Source: Anaeramoeba ignava BMAN (lineage: Eukaryota; Protista; Anaeramoebae). From it: a stretch of DNA of 64,000 nt. The notes beneath the pieces are model-generated. The model did no database searches. It was not told the DNA's origin and saw nothing but the letters and a program-made list of their open reading frames with translations. Of the stretch, positions 1-12,343 are shown piece after piece (positions within the stretch are counted from its first letter, which is position 1; the number at the start of each line of letters is the position of its first letter). Both the position numbers and the translations under genes were made by a program. The stretch is from NCBI GenBank assembly GCA_028826165.1, contig JAPDFW010000074.1, positions 124,001 to 188,000 of the forward strand, read 5' to 3'.

Positions 1-545
1 ATATTTTATTTATAAATATTATTTACATATTAATTTATATTTTATTAATAAATATTATTTACATATTAATTTATATTTTATTTATAAATATTATTTATAT
101 TTTAATTTATATTTATTTATATAAATATTATTTATATATATTAAATTTATATTTTATTTATAAATATTATTTATATATAAATTTATATTTTATTTATAAA
201 TATTATTTATATATAAATTTATATTTTATTTATAAATATTATTTATATATAAATTTATATTTTATTTATAAATATTATTTACATATAAATTTATATTTTA
301 TTTATAAATATTATTTACATTTAAATTTATATTTTATTTATAAATATTATTTATATTTAAATTTATATTTTATTTATAAATATTATTTATATTTAAATTT
401 ATATTTTATTTATAAATATTATTTACATATAAATTTATATTTTATTTATAATTATTATTTACATTTAAATTTATATTTTATTAATAAATATTATTTACAT
501 TTAAATTTATATTTTATTAATAATTATTATTTACATTTAAATTTA
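1..545. repeat. 36-bp tandem repeat (ATATTTTATTTATAAATATTATTTACATATTAATTT) filling an intron that ends at AG 560-561
   Basis: The unit recurs at a 36-nt period from position 1 and is followed by TAAATAG and an open exon. Confidence 0.9.
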
Positions 546-561
546 TTTATTATTTAAATAG

Positions 562-3196
562 GAAATGTCAGTTCCCAAAGTTGATCCACTCCCTAAAACA
601 ATCAGAACACTTGAATTTGAAAACAAAGTAAAAGCAAATCGTAAGAGACAAACACCTCCACAAAAAACACAATTTGAAAACAATCAAGAATTTGAAACTG
701 AAATAAAAATGCCACGAATCGAACAAAGTAATGATAAATATCCATCACCAAATTCAGTTCCAACAAAAGATTCACCACAAGAATTATTCATACAAACAAA
801 TCCAAAAAAGAATGATTTAAACTCAACAAAAGAAAGTGCAATAATGAAAAAAAAGGAAAACAAAGAAAATTCGAATGAAAATAAAAATCAAATCAAAAAT
901 CAACTCGAAAATCAACCACAAATTCAAAATTCAATTCGTCAAAATTCAAGACAAAATTCACCTCAACCAAATGTTCGTAAATTAAGACTTCAAGACTACC
1001 AACAAAGAAGAAAAGAAAAACAAAATGAAATTCATAATGATTCTGAAAGAGATTCTATTCGTTCTGTTGAATCTTCTCCTTTTCTTCATCAATCTCCTTT
1101 TGTTTCTTCTTTATTAACTTCTCCAAATTTTCATGAAGAATCAAAAAATTTCGAACAAATTGCAGATGGTCTTTTCCAAAAAGGAAGGGAACTTAAACAC
1201 AAAGGAAACAAAATTGAAAATGTATTTGATATTTTTGAAATTTTTTTAATTGAATTCTCTGAATTAAATTTAAAAAAATTTTACAATCCAATTTAAAAAA
1301 TAATTATAAAAAAAAAATCAAAATGAAAAAAAAAATCAAAATGAAAATAAAAATCAAAAAAATAATATAAATATTTTTAATATTAATTATAACTAAAATA
1401 TTTAAACAGAAAAAGGAACAATTTGAAGTATTTTTCCGTTCTGGGATCATGTTTATGGAAGGAGGAGAATATTATGAGGTTGGAGATCATTAATTTTTTA
1501 AAAAAACAAAAATAATTAATCATTTCTAAAAAGAAAGAAAAAAAAAGAGAAAAAAATGATTATAAATAATTATTGAAATAATTATAAATAATTATAAATA
1601 ATTATAAATGATTATAAATAATTATTGAAATAATTATAAATATTTACAAAAAAAATTATAAAAATAAAAATTATTAAAATAATTATAAATAATTATTAAA
1701 ATAATATAAATAATTATTAAAATAATTATAAATAATTATTAAAATAATTATAAATAATTATTAAAATAATTATAAATAATCAATTAAAATAATTATAAAT
1801 GATTATTGAAATAATTATTGAATTATTATTGAAATATCAAAATGATTATTGAAATAATTATAAATAATTATAAATGATTATAAATAATTATAAATGATTA
1901 TTGAAATGATTATTAATAATTATAAATAATTATAAATAATTATAAATAATTATAAATGATTTATAAATAATTATAAATGATTATAAATAATTATAAATGA
2001 TTATAAAAATAATTATTGAATTATTTATTTATGAAAATAAAAATTAAAAATAATTATAAAAATTATTAAAAATAATTATAAATAATTATAAATGATTATA
2101 AATTATTATTGAATTATTTATTTATAAATAATTATAAATAATTATAAATAATTATTGAATTATTTTTTAAAAATAAAAATAAATAATTTATAAATGATTA
2201 TAAATGATTATGAAATAATTATTGAAATAAATTATAAATAATTATAAATGATTATAAATAATTATTGAATTATTTATTTATAAATAATTATAAATGATTA
2301 TAAATAATTATAAATAATTATAAATGATTATAAATGATTATAAATAATTATAAATAATTATAAATGATTATAAATAATTATAAATGATTATAAATGATTA
2401 TAAATAATTATTGAATTATTTATTTATAAATAATTATAAATGATTATTAAAATAATTATAAATGATTATAAATAATTATAAATAATTATTGAATTATTTA
2501 TTTAAAAATAATTATAAATAATTATAAATAATTATAAATGATTATTAAAATAATTATAAATGATTATTAAAATAATTATAAATTATTATTGAATTATTTA
2601 TTTATAAATGATTATAAATGATCATAAATAATTATTGAATTATTTATTTAAAAATAATTATAATCAATTAATCAAATATCGAAAAAAATAAAAACTGAAT
2701 TCAGTTGGAATCCAAAAACAGCGAAGCGCGGATTAAAGCAACAACAAGTTACAAACAAACATCTGGATTTCTTAATTACTGTGCAACATCATTTGCCGAT
2801 CTGCACAATTTCGATTTAGCATCATTAGGATTTCTTTGTATTGCAATTATAGAAATGCGATTATTTCAACTCAATCGAGTTCAATCATTGCAAACAAACA
2901 AAAAAGCCCTTCAATATCTTCCAAATAGAACCCTTAATTTGGAAGACCAAAAAGAGTTTCATGCGAACATGTCTCATATTTTCCGTTCGTATGATGCTTG
3001 GGATCATTTTGAGAAATATAAACAAAAATCGGGAAGAAGAGATTTGGATTTTTCAATTAATCTTCATAAAGCAATGCCTCATGATGTTATAGATTTCTTA
3101 AAAACTGAATTTCTATTAGAATTCCATTCTTCTTTTTTTTTTGACTCTCTTTTTTTCTTCTTTCTTTCTCTTTGTTTTTTCTTATTCTGTTTCTGA
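562..3196 (+). CDS. AF4/FMR2 (AFF) C-terminal homology domain-like protein, 5'-partial; exons 562-1221, 1410-1478, 2705-~3196
   Basis: GT-AG introns at 1222-1409 and 1479-2704 are phase 0. The spliced C-terminus ADGLFQKGRELKHKGNKIENKKEQFEVFFRSGIMFMEGGEYYELES...SYKQTSGFLNYCATSF...LASLGFLCIAIIEMRLFQL...IFRSYDAWD matches the helical AFF-CHD / plant CW-zinc-finger C-terminal pattern and follows a long disordered region. The true stop may lie earlier, at the T-run near 3133-3145. Confidence 0.6.
1560..2660. repeat. Intronic ~10-bp satellite (AAATAATTAT/AAATGATTAT)
   Basis: Directly visible tandem units inside intron 1479-2704. Confidence 0.85.
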
Positions 3197-3630
3197 AAAA
3201 TTTGATATAATTCTATTTGAAATTATTTTTTTTTGTTCCATTTTTTTTTTGCCTGAATTTTTTTGTTCCAACTTTTTTTTTGCCTGAAATTTGTTTATTT
3301 TCTTTTTTTTTTTTTTCAAATCTATTAATTGATGAACGATTTTAATTGATAATTTGGTTTGTAAATCCTTAACTTTTAACTGTTCTTTATATTTCAATTT
3401 AAGATTATTTCTGTTTTTCTTACTTACTTCAATTTATTATTTTTTTTTTGATAATTTTATTCGTTCGTTATTATTTTTCTTTCAATTTTTTTGTTTAAAT
3501 TTTACTTCTTCTTCTTTTGTTTTTGTTTTTTTTTTTTTGAAATAAAAAAATCAAATTTACCATTTTCTTTTTCATTTTCATTTTTCATTTTTCATTTTTT
3601 TTCCTTTTCTTTTTTTTCTAAATTAAAAAA

Positions 3631-6402
3631 ATGTCACAAGAAGTTCAAGAATTTAATACTTGGATTGCTGCATACAAAAGACAACTTGATGTTGAAAATC
3701 AATTTAAAGATTCAATTAATAAAGTAATTTTATTATTAAAAAATTTATTTTTTTCTTTTTTCTAACGAAAAATTTTCAAATCAATTTAAATTTTTTTAAA
3801 AACATAAATGAACACAAATAAAAACACAAAAACACAAATAAAAACAAAAATAAACATAAATAAAAACAAAAACAAAAACAAAAACAAAAACAAAAACAAA
3901 AACAAAAACACAAATAAAAACACAAATAAAAAACAAAAACAAAAACAAAAACACAAAATAAAAACAAATAAAAACACAAACAAAAACACAAACAAAAACA
4001 AAAACACAAACAAAAACAAAAACACAAATAAAAATAAAAACAAAAAAAGATTAAATCACAATTTCATTATCAAAGAATGAAAGGATTAACAAAATTATTA
4101 GAATATTTATATGGTTTAAGTGAAAATGATATTAAAACAATTGAAAAAATACAGAATGATGATCAATATAAAGGTTAATTGAACAATTAAAATTAAATAT
4201 AAAATTAAATATTAAAATTTAAATATTAAAATTAAATTTAAATTAAATATAAAAATTAAATATTAAAATTTAAAATTAAATTTAAATATAAAATTAAATA
4301 TTAAAATTAAATTTAAATTAAATATAAAATTAAAATTTTAAATTAAATTTAAATTAAAATATAATATTAAAATATAAAATTAAATTTAAAAAAGTTGTCA
4401 ATAATGTTATGAAATATATTATTGAACCAAAAGAACCAGTTTTAATAACTCACAAACCTTCAGAAAAAAAACTTGGATTTGAAGTTATTCAAGGAATTTG
4501 CCTTTCTCATCAAGAAAGTAAAAAAAACTTTAGAGAATCTGGTGGAATTGATTCTGTTCTTGGAATAATCGATTCTCAACCAACTCTTTCTTTTTATGGT
4601 ATTGAAGCTCTTATGGCAGCTTTAGTTGATGATCCTGAATCTCAAAAAGTTAGTTTTAATTTTATTTTTAATTTTAATTTTAATTTAATTTTATATTATA
4701 ATTTTATATTTAATATTAATTTGAATTTTAATTTTAATTTTAATTTTAATTTTAATTTTAATTTTAATTTTATATTTAATTTTATATTTAATATTTAATT
4801 TTAATTTTAATTTTAATTTTAATTTTATATTTAATATTAATTTTAATTTTAATTTTAATTTTAATTTTAATTTTAATTTTAATTTTAATTTTAATTTTAA
4901 TTTTGATTTTAATTTTAATTTTAATTTTAATTTTAATTTTTAATTTTGATTTTAATTTTAATTTTAATATAAATTTTAATTTTTGGAAATAGTATTTTGC
5001 TCAGAAAAAAGGAATTGACATTGTTGTAAGAATTATGACTGATAAGAAAATGCAACGAAATATTAGAATTCGTACAACAGAATTCTTAAGAATGTTAATT
5101 GAAAATAAGGAGTTCAAGTAATTAAAATTTATCAATGGATTTAGAAATGGATTTAATAATAATTTTAATAATAATTTTATAATTAATTTTATAAATAATT
5201 TTATTAATAATTTTATTAATAATTTTAATAATAATTTTATAAATAATTTTAATAATAATTTTATAAATAATATTATAAATAATTTTATAAATAATTTTAT
5301 AAATAATTTTATAAATAATTTTATAAATAATTTTATATTTAAATTTATAAATAATTTTATAAATAATTTTATAAATAATTTTATAAATAATTTTATAAAT
5401 AATTTTATATTTAAATTTATAAATAATTTTATAAATAATTTTATAAATAATTTTATAAATAATTTTATAAATAATTTTAATAATAATTTTATAATTAATT
5501 TTATAATTAATTTTATAAATAATTTTATAATTAATTTTATAATTAATTTTATAAATAATTTCATTAATTAATTTTATAATGAATTTATTAATAATTTTAT
5601 AATTAATTTTATAATTAATTTTATAATTAATTTTATATTTAATTTTATAAATAATTTTATAAATAATTTTATAATTAATTTTATATATAATTTTATAAAT
5701 AATTTTATATTTAATTTTATAAATAATTTTATAAATAATTTTATAAATAATTTTATAAATAATTTTATATTTAATTTTTATAAATAATTATATATTTAAT
5801 TTTATAATTAATTTTATAAATAATTTTATATTTAATTTTTATTAATAATTTTATAATTAATTTTATATTTAATTTTATTAATTAATTTTATAAATAATTT
5901 TATAAATAATTTTATAATTAATTTTATATTTAATTTTTATAAATAATTTTATTAATAATTTTATATTTAATTTTATATATAATTTTATAAATAATTTTAT
6001 AATTAATTTTATAATTAATTTTATAATTAATTTTATAATTAATTTTATATTTAATTTTTATAAATAATTTTATAATTAATTTTATAAATAATTTTATAAA
6101 TAATTTAATAAATAATTTTATATTTAATTTTATATTTAATTTTATATTTAATTTTATAATTAATTTTATATTTAATTTTTATAAATAATTTTATAAATAA
6201 TTTTATAAATAATTTTATATTTAATTTTATAAATAATTTTATATTTAATTTTATTAATAATTTTAATAATAAAAACAGAAATAAGGTCCAATCACTTATT
6301 GGAGAAAAAGCTGTAACATATATGGAATCAAAAGTACAATTTAATGATGAAATGAAGAAAGGATCAACAATGTTTATCAATAAATTAGATACTGGATTTT
6401 AA
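3631..6402 (+). CDS. ARM-like protein of the fungal SIN-pathway Cdc14 family (not the phosphatase); exons 3631-3723, 4050-4173, 4395-4648, 4993-5117, 6279-6402
   Basis: Four phase-compatible GT-AG introns give a continuous ORF from MSQEVQEF to KLDTGF*. The motifs EVIQGICLSHQESK, IEALMAALVDDPESQ, GIDIVVRIMTDKKMQRNIRIRTTEFL and SLIGEKA resemble S. pombe Cdc14 and its plant homologues. Confidence 0.65.
3810..4048. repeat. Intronic AAAAAC/AAACAC hexamer microsatellite
   Basis: Tandem units inside intron 3724-4049. Confidence 0.85.
4655..4980. repeat. Intronic TTTTAA hexamer microsatellite
   Basis: Tandem units inside intron 4649-4992. Confidence 0.9.
5150..6270. repeat. Intronic 12-bp satellite (TTTTATAAATAA family)
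   Basis: Tandem 12-mers inside intron 5118-6278. Confidence 0.9.
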
Positions 6403-6616
6403 TCAAAAGAAAAAAATTATGAAATTCTTCTTTTAATTTTTAATTTTTAATTTTTAATTTTTAAGATGAAATTAATGGAATAAAAACAAATCAAATGAAA
6501 TTTGGATTAAAAAAAGAACAAAAAATTTATTTTCAAAAAAAAAAAAATTAAAAAACAAATTAAAAAAAAACAAAACAAAATTCATTCCATTTTTTTTTCT
6601 GTTTTCTGTTTGAAAA

Positions 6617-8141
6617 TTATTTTCGAAAATCATATTCAAAATCTTTGAATAATATTTTATCTAAACATGTTGGATTTGTTTTTTCTAAAGAAGGAAATGA
6701 ATTTTTTTTTAATTCCAAATTTTCATTTTGAATTAAATTTTCTTGATTAAAAAAAAATGAAGGAATAAATTGAGGTTGAGATTTTTTATTTGAAAAATTT
6801 GTCCAATTAATTTCTTTAAAAAATGGATGTTTCATAATTTCTTTAATTCCTTTTTTGCTTGAACCAAGTCTTTTTTTTGGATCTTTTGAAAGTAACTAAA
6901 AAAAAAAAAGAAAAAAAAATGGAAGGAAAAAAAAATTATTTTTTTAATAAGAAAAAATTTTTCGTCTTTTTTTTTTATTATTTAAAAATAATTATTACTT
7001 TTGTTATTAAATCTTTAAATTCACTTGAACAAACTCCTTCAAAATTAACTTCTTGATTTAAAATATTTTTTTGCATTTCTCTTAGATTTTGTGAATAAAA
7101 AGGGGGCTAAAAAAAAAAAAACAAATTTAAAAAATATAAAATATAAAAATAAATAATTAAAATTTTTGATCAAAAAGAAAAAATTTCTTCTTTTAATTTG
7201 AAATGGCAAAAAGAAAATAAACTTACAATTCCATAAAACATTTCATAAAGAACCATTCCAAGTGACCAAAAATCAATTTCGAAACCATATTTTTGATTTT
7301 TTAAAACTTCTGGAGCTAAAATTAAATTAAAATTAAAATTAAAATAAAATTAAATTAAATTAAATAATCAATTGAAATTTTTAATTTTTTAAAATTTTTA
7401 TTTACCAAGATATTCAAGAGATCCACAAAATGAATTTGTTCTTTCATTTTTTTCAAGTTTTTTTGAGACTCCAAAATCTGTTAAATGAATATGTCCAGTT
7501 CTATCAATTAAAATATTTTCTGGTTTTAGATCTCTAATTAAAAAAAAAATAAAAAATAAAATGGGGGATAAAAAAATTAATACAAAATTCTTTAAAGAAA
7601 AAAAAAAGGAAAAATTTTTGCTTTTTTCCTTTTTTTTTCTTTTTGATTATTTGAAAAAATAAAAAAATAAATTTACCTGTAAATATAGTTTGCTTTATGA
7701 ATTGCTTTTAAAGCTAAAATTAATTCAGCTGCAAAAAATTTAATTTCATTTTCAGTGAAAGAATGAACATAATTTAAAATTTGATATAAATCCCCCCCAT
7801 TTATATAATCAATTAAAAAACAAAAATCAGTTTCTGTCAAAAAAGAATGATGTAATTGAACAATAAAAGGATTTTTTATTTCACATAAAATTGTTTTTTC
7901 AGCAAAAAGTCTTTGAAGATCTTTATCATTTGAAATACTGTTTTTTTTGATCAATTTTAACACATATTGTTTTTTATCCTTTTCATTTTCAACAAGATAA
8001 ATTTCAGAATTTTGTCCTTTTTGAAGTGTATTTAAAAATTTAAAGTCGTTTGTTTTTGGGGTGTTTTTTGCTTTTTTTGTTTTTTTATTTGTTTTTTTTG
8101 GTTTTTGTCTTTGATTTTGAAATTGAACACAATAAACCCAT
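6617..8141 (-). CDS. AGC-family Ser/Thr kinase (PKB/S6K/SGK-like) with probable acylated N-terminus; exons 8141-7677, 7533-7406, 7315-7227, 7106-6999, 6895-6617
   Basis: The spliced protein has [50 protein letters not shown] and an AGC hydrophobic-motif tail FKDFEY. The ATG at 8141 (MGLLCS) joins the kinase frame if one base is removed from the T8 run at 8092-8099. Confidence 0.85.
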
Positions 8142-9230
8142 TTAAATTAAAATAAAATTATTAAAAGTTATTAAAAAATTTAAAATTAAAAAAAAGGTGG
8201 AAAAAAAAAATGAATTAAAAAATTTTTCAAAAACAAAAAAATAATTTAAAGTTTTTTTTAGTGGAATTTTGAATTAATTAAAAAATTTTTATTAATTCGA
8301 CATTTTCAAAAAATAAAATAATAAAAATAATAAAATAAATTAACAAACAATCTTTTTATTTATTAAAAGAAATGCTTTGTCGTTTTTATTATTTTTTGAA
8401 TTCATAAACAAATGTCAGCATTTAATTAAAAACAAAAGACATTTAGAAAGACAAAAACCATCCGTTATTTTTTTTAATTCCAAATAATTAAATTTAATTT
8501 AATTTAATTACTATTTTAATTACTATTTTTTAGATTCTTAAATCTTTTTTGATCTAAAAAAAAATTTTTTTAAAGATCAAAATCCTTCACCTTTTATTAA
8601 AAATTTTAAATTTAAAAAAGCTAATAACTCTATTTCTGCACTTATTTTTATATTATTTGTTATTCTTAAAATTTGATCCATTTTATTTTTTTTTGTTTTT
8701 TTAATTTTTTTTTTTAATAATTTTTTTTTTGGAAATTTTATTGATCATTTTTTAATTTTATTTAAAAAAAAAAAAGCAAAAAAAAATAACAATAAAAAAG
8801 ATAAATAATAAAAAAGAAGAGTAAAAGAATTGATTTATAGAAGTTAAATTATTTTGAAATATTAGTTTTTCCACAAAATATTTCTTATTTTAATTTTTGG
8901 AATAAAAAGGGAAAGAAATTGATCAATTAAAAAAAAAATTAATTTAAAAATCAATTAAAAATAGATTTAAAAATAAATTTAAAAATTAGATTTAAAAATA
9001 GATTTAAAAATAGATTTAAAAATAAATTGAAATAAATTTTTTTTCCAAATTTTTATTTTTTCTGTCAAATCTTGAAAAAAGAAAAAAGAAGTAAAAAGAA
9101 AAATTTTTGATTAAATTGAAAAAGAGTAATCAAACAAAGCTAAAAATGACTTAGTTAAGTATTTCTGCAATCTGAATCTGGAAAATCATCTAAAAAATGA
9201 TGATATAAAGATTCATTGTAAAAAGAAAAG

Positions 9231-11049
9231 CTAATTTTTATCATCTGGTGGTGGAATCATTTCTTGATCCTATTTTATATTTAATTTTATAAATAATTTT
9301 ATAAATAATTTTATATTTAATTTTATATTTAATTTTATATTTAATTTTATAAATAATTTTATAATTAATTTTATAATTAATTTTATAAATAATTTAATAA
9401 TTAATTTTATATTTAATTTTATAAATAATTTTATAAATAATTTTATAAATAATTTTATAAATAATTTTATAAATAATTTTATAAATAATTTTATAAATAA
9501 TTTTATAAATAATTTTATAAATAATTTTATATTTAATTTTATAAATAATTTTATATATAATTTTATAATTAATTTTATATTTAATTTTATAATTAATTTT
9601 ATATTTAATTTTATATTTAATTTTATATTTAATTTTATAAATAATTTTATATTTAATTTTTATATTTAATTTTATATTTAATTTTATATTTAATTTTATA
9701 TTTAATTTTATATATATAATTTTATAAATAATTTTATATTTAATTTTATAAATAATTTTATAAATAATTTTATAATTAATTTTATAAATAATTTTATAAA
9801 TAATTTTATAAATAATTTAATAATTAATTTTAATAATAATTTTATAAATAATTTTATAATAATTTTATATTTAATTTTATAAATAATTTTATATTTAATT
9901 TTATAAATAATTTTATAAATAATTTTATAAATAATTTTATATAATTAATTTTATAATTAATTTTATAAATAATTTTATAATTAATTTTATAAATAATTTT
10001 ATAAATAATTTTATAAATAATTTTATAAATAATTTTATAAATAATTTTATAAATAATTTTATAAATAATTTTTATAAATAATTTTATAATTAATTTTATA
10101 ATTAATTTTAAATTTAATTTTATATTTAATTTTATAAATAATTTTATATTTAATTTTATATTTAATTTTATAAATAATTTTATTAATAATTTTATATTTA
10201 AATTTATAAATAATTTTATAATTAATTTTATAAATAATTTTATAAATAATTTTATATTTAAATTTATAAATAATTTTATATTTAATTTTATAAATAATTT
10301 TATAAATAATTTTATATTTAATTTTATATTTAATTTTATATTTAATTTTATATTTAAATTTAATAAATAATTTTATATTTAATTTAATAAATAATTTTAT
10401 AAATAATTTTATATATAATTTTATATTTAATTTTATATATAATTTTATATTTTAAAGGAATTTTGAAAAATACCTCAAAAATATAAGAAAAATTTTGAAT
10501 AAAAGTTTTCATTAGCAATTTAGAAACAGGAGCATCTTCCATAAATATTTTTGCGGATTGTTCTCTTGGACGCAACAAATTAGGAGAAAAAACAACAGCC
10601 AAATTTTCAGCATTCATTTTGTTTTTTGCGGAATTTTTTTCAACTTCAGTTAAAAATTTGCACAAATATTTAAGAAGAATTTTATTAAGAGGAGGAAGAA
10701 AGTCAATGACTTTTCTTAACATGACATTTCTTGTGATTTCGACATTGATAGCTTGAGCTGCCAAAAACATATCATAGTATTCAAAGCCACATAACGGTTC
10801 CGGCAATTCTCGCAAATATAACTTTAAAAGACTTGCAATTGCATATTTATCTTCAACTTTTTCAAAGTCAATGTCCTTGCCATTGTCAAGTTCTGCTTTT
10901 AGTTCTTTTATAACGCTTTGTTGTCCTGGAATTCGAAAAATTCCCTCAATTTCTAATGATGTTTTTGAAATGTGTTCAATTATTAATTTTACTACAAATG
11001 GTATTTCATCTTGTGGGAGTTCTTTTAAACTTTTCCCAAAATATGCCAT
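9231..11049 (-). CDS. Small RhoGAP; exons 11049-10474 and 9269-9231
   Basis: FGKSL, EGIFRIPG (arginine finger), LLKLYLRELPEPL and NKMNAENLAVVFSPNLL motifs. GT-AG intron 10473-9270. The short last exon DQEMIPPPDDKN* is less certain. Confidence 0.92.
9275..10450. repeat. Intronic 12-bp satellite (TTTTATAAATAA/TTTTATATTTAA)
   Basis: Tandem 12-mers fill the RhoGAP intron. Confidence 0.9.
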
Positions 11050-11234
11050 TTAAACAAATTATTTTGCTTTTGTTTTTTTTTTAAAAAGAGAAAAAAGAAA
11101 AAAAATGAAAAAAAATTTTTTAAATTAATTAAAAAAAAACAAATTATTTGTGTAAATGAGTCAAAATTAACAAAGATTAGTTAGAATTTTTAATTTAAAA
11201 ACATCACAAAAAACATCACAAAAATCAACACAAA

Positions 11235-12260
11235 AATCTAAATCTAAATCTAAATATAAATCTAAATTTAAATCTAAATCAAAATCTAAATCTAAATCTA
11301 AATCTAAATCTAAATATAAATCTAAATCAAAATCTAAATCTAAATATAAATATAAATATAAATATAAATATAAATATAAAAATAAATATAAATCTAAATC
11401 TAAATCTAAATCTAAATCTAAATCTAAATATAAATCAAAATCTAAATCTAAATATAAATCTAAATCTAAATCTAAATCTAAATCTAAATCTAAATCTAAA
11501 TCTAAATATAAATCTAAATATAAATCTAAATATAAATATAAATCTAAATCTAAATCTAAATATAAATATAAATATAAAATAAATATAAATATAAATATAA
11601 ATCTAAATATAAATATAAAATAAATAAATCTAAATCTAAAAAAAATTAAAATCTAAATCTAAATATAAATCTAAATATAAATCTAAATCTAAATCTAAAT
11701 CTAAATATAAAATCCAAAAATCTAAATATAAATATAAATCTAAATATAAAAAATAAATAAATATAAATATAAATAAATCAAATATAAATCTAAATATAAA
11801 TATAAATCTAAATCTAAATCTAAATCTAAATATCACAAATCAAAAATCAAATATAAAATATAAATATAAATATAAATATAAAAATATAAATATAAAAAAA
11901 TTAAAAATATAAATATAAATCTCCAAAAAATCTAAATATAAATCTAAATCTAAATCTAAATCTAAATATAAATCTAAATATAAATATAAATCTAAATATA
12001 AATCTAAATCAATTCTAAAATCAATTCTAAAATCAATTTCAAAATTAAAAATCAATTCTAAAATCAAATCTAAAATCAATTTCAAAATCAATTCCAAAAT
12101 TAAAAATCAATTCCAAAATCAAAATCTAAAATCAATTCTAAAATCAATTCTAAAATCAATTCTAAAATCAATTCTAAAATTAAAAATCAATTCCAAAAAT
12201 AAAAATCTAAAATCTATTCCAAAATTAAAAAATCAATTAAAAATCAATTTAAAATCTATT
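11235..12260. repeat. Intergenic TAAATC/TAAATA hexamer array followed by AAAATCAATTCT 12-mers, between two divergent genes
   Basis: Directly visible tandem units. Confidence 0.85.
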
Positions 12261-12343
12261 TAAAAATTCGAAAAAAAGAAAAATAAAAGAAAAAAAGCAA
12301 AAAAATTTTTTTTTCTTTTTTTTTTTCATTTTTTTTTTTCAAA

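Noticed and set aside
8340-8690. Possible small minus-strand gene (MDQILRITNN...) upstream of the AGC kinase
   Set aside because: No consistent splice path or stop-free frame and no recognisable motif.
9145-9240. Possible extra RhoGAP exon after a non-canonical donor (..DDFPDSDCRNT*)
   Set aside because: An acceptor-like TTTTAG exists but there is no GT/GC donor, and an in-frame TAG already ends the gene. It cannot be supported without RNA data.
11235-12000. TAAATC array as an interstitial telomere
   Set aside because: It is mixed with TAAATA, is not G-rich on either strand, and resembles the other hexamer microsatellites.
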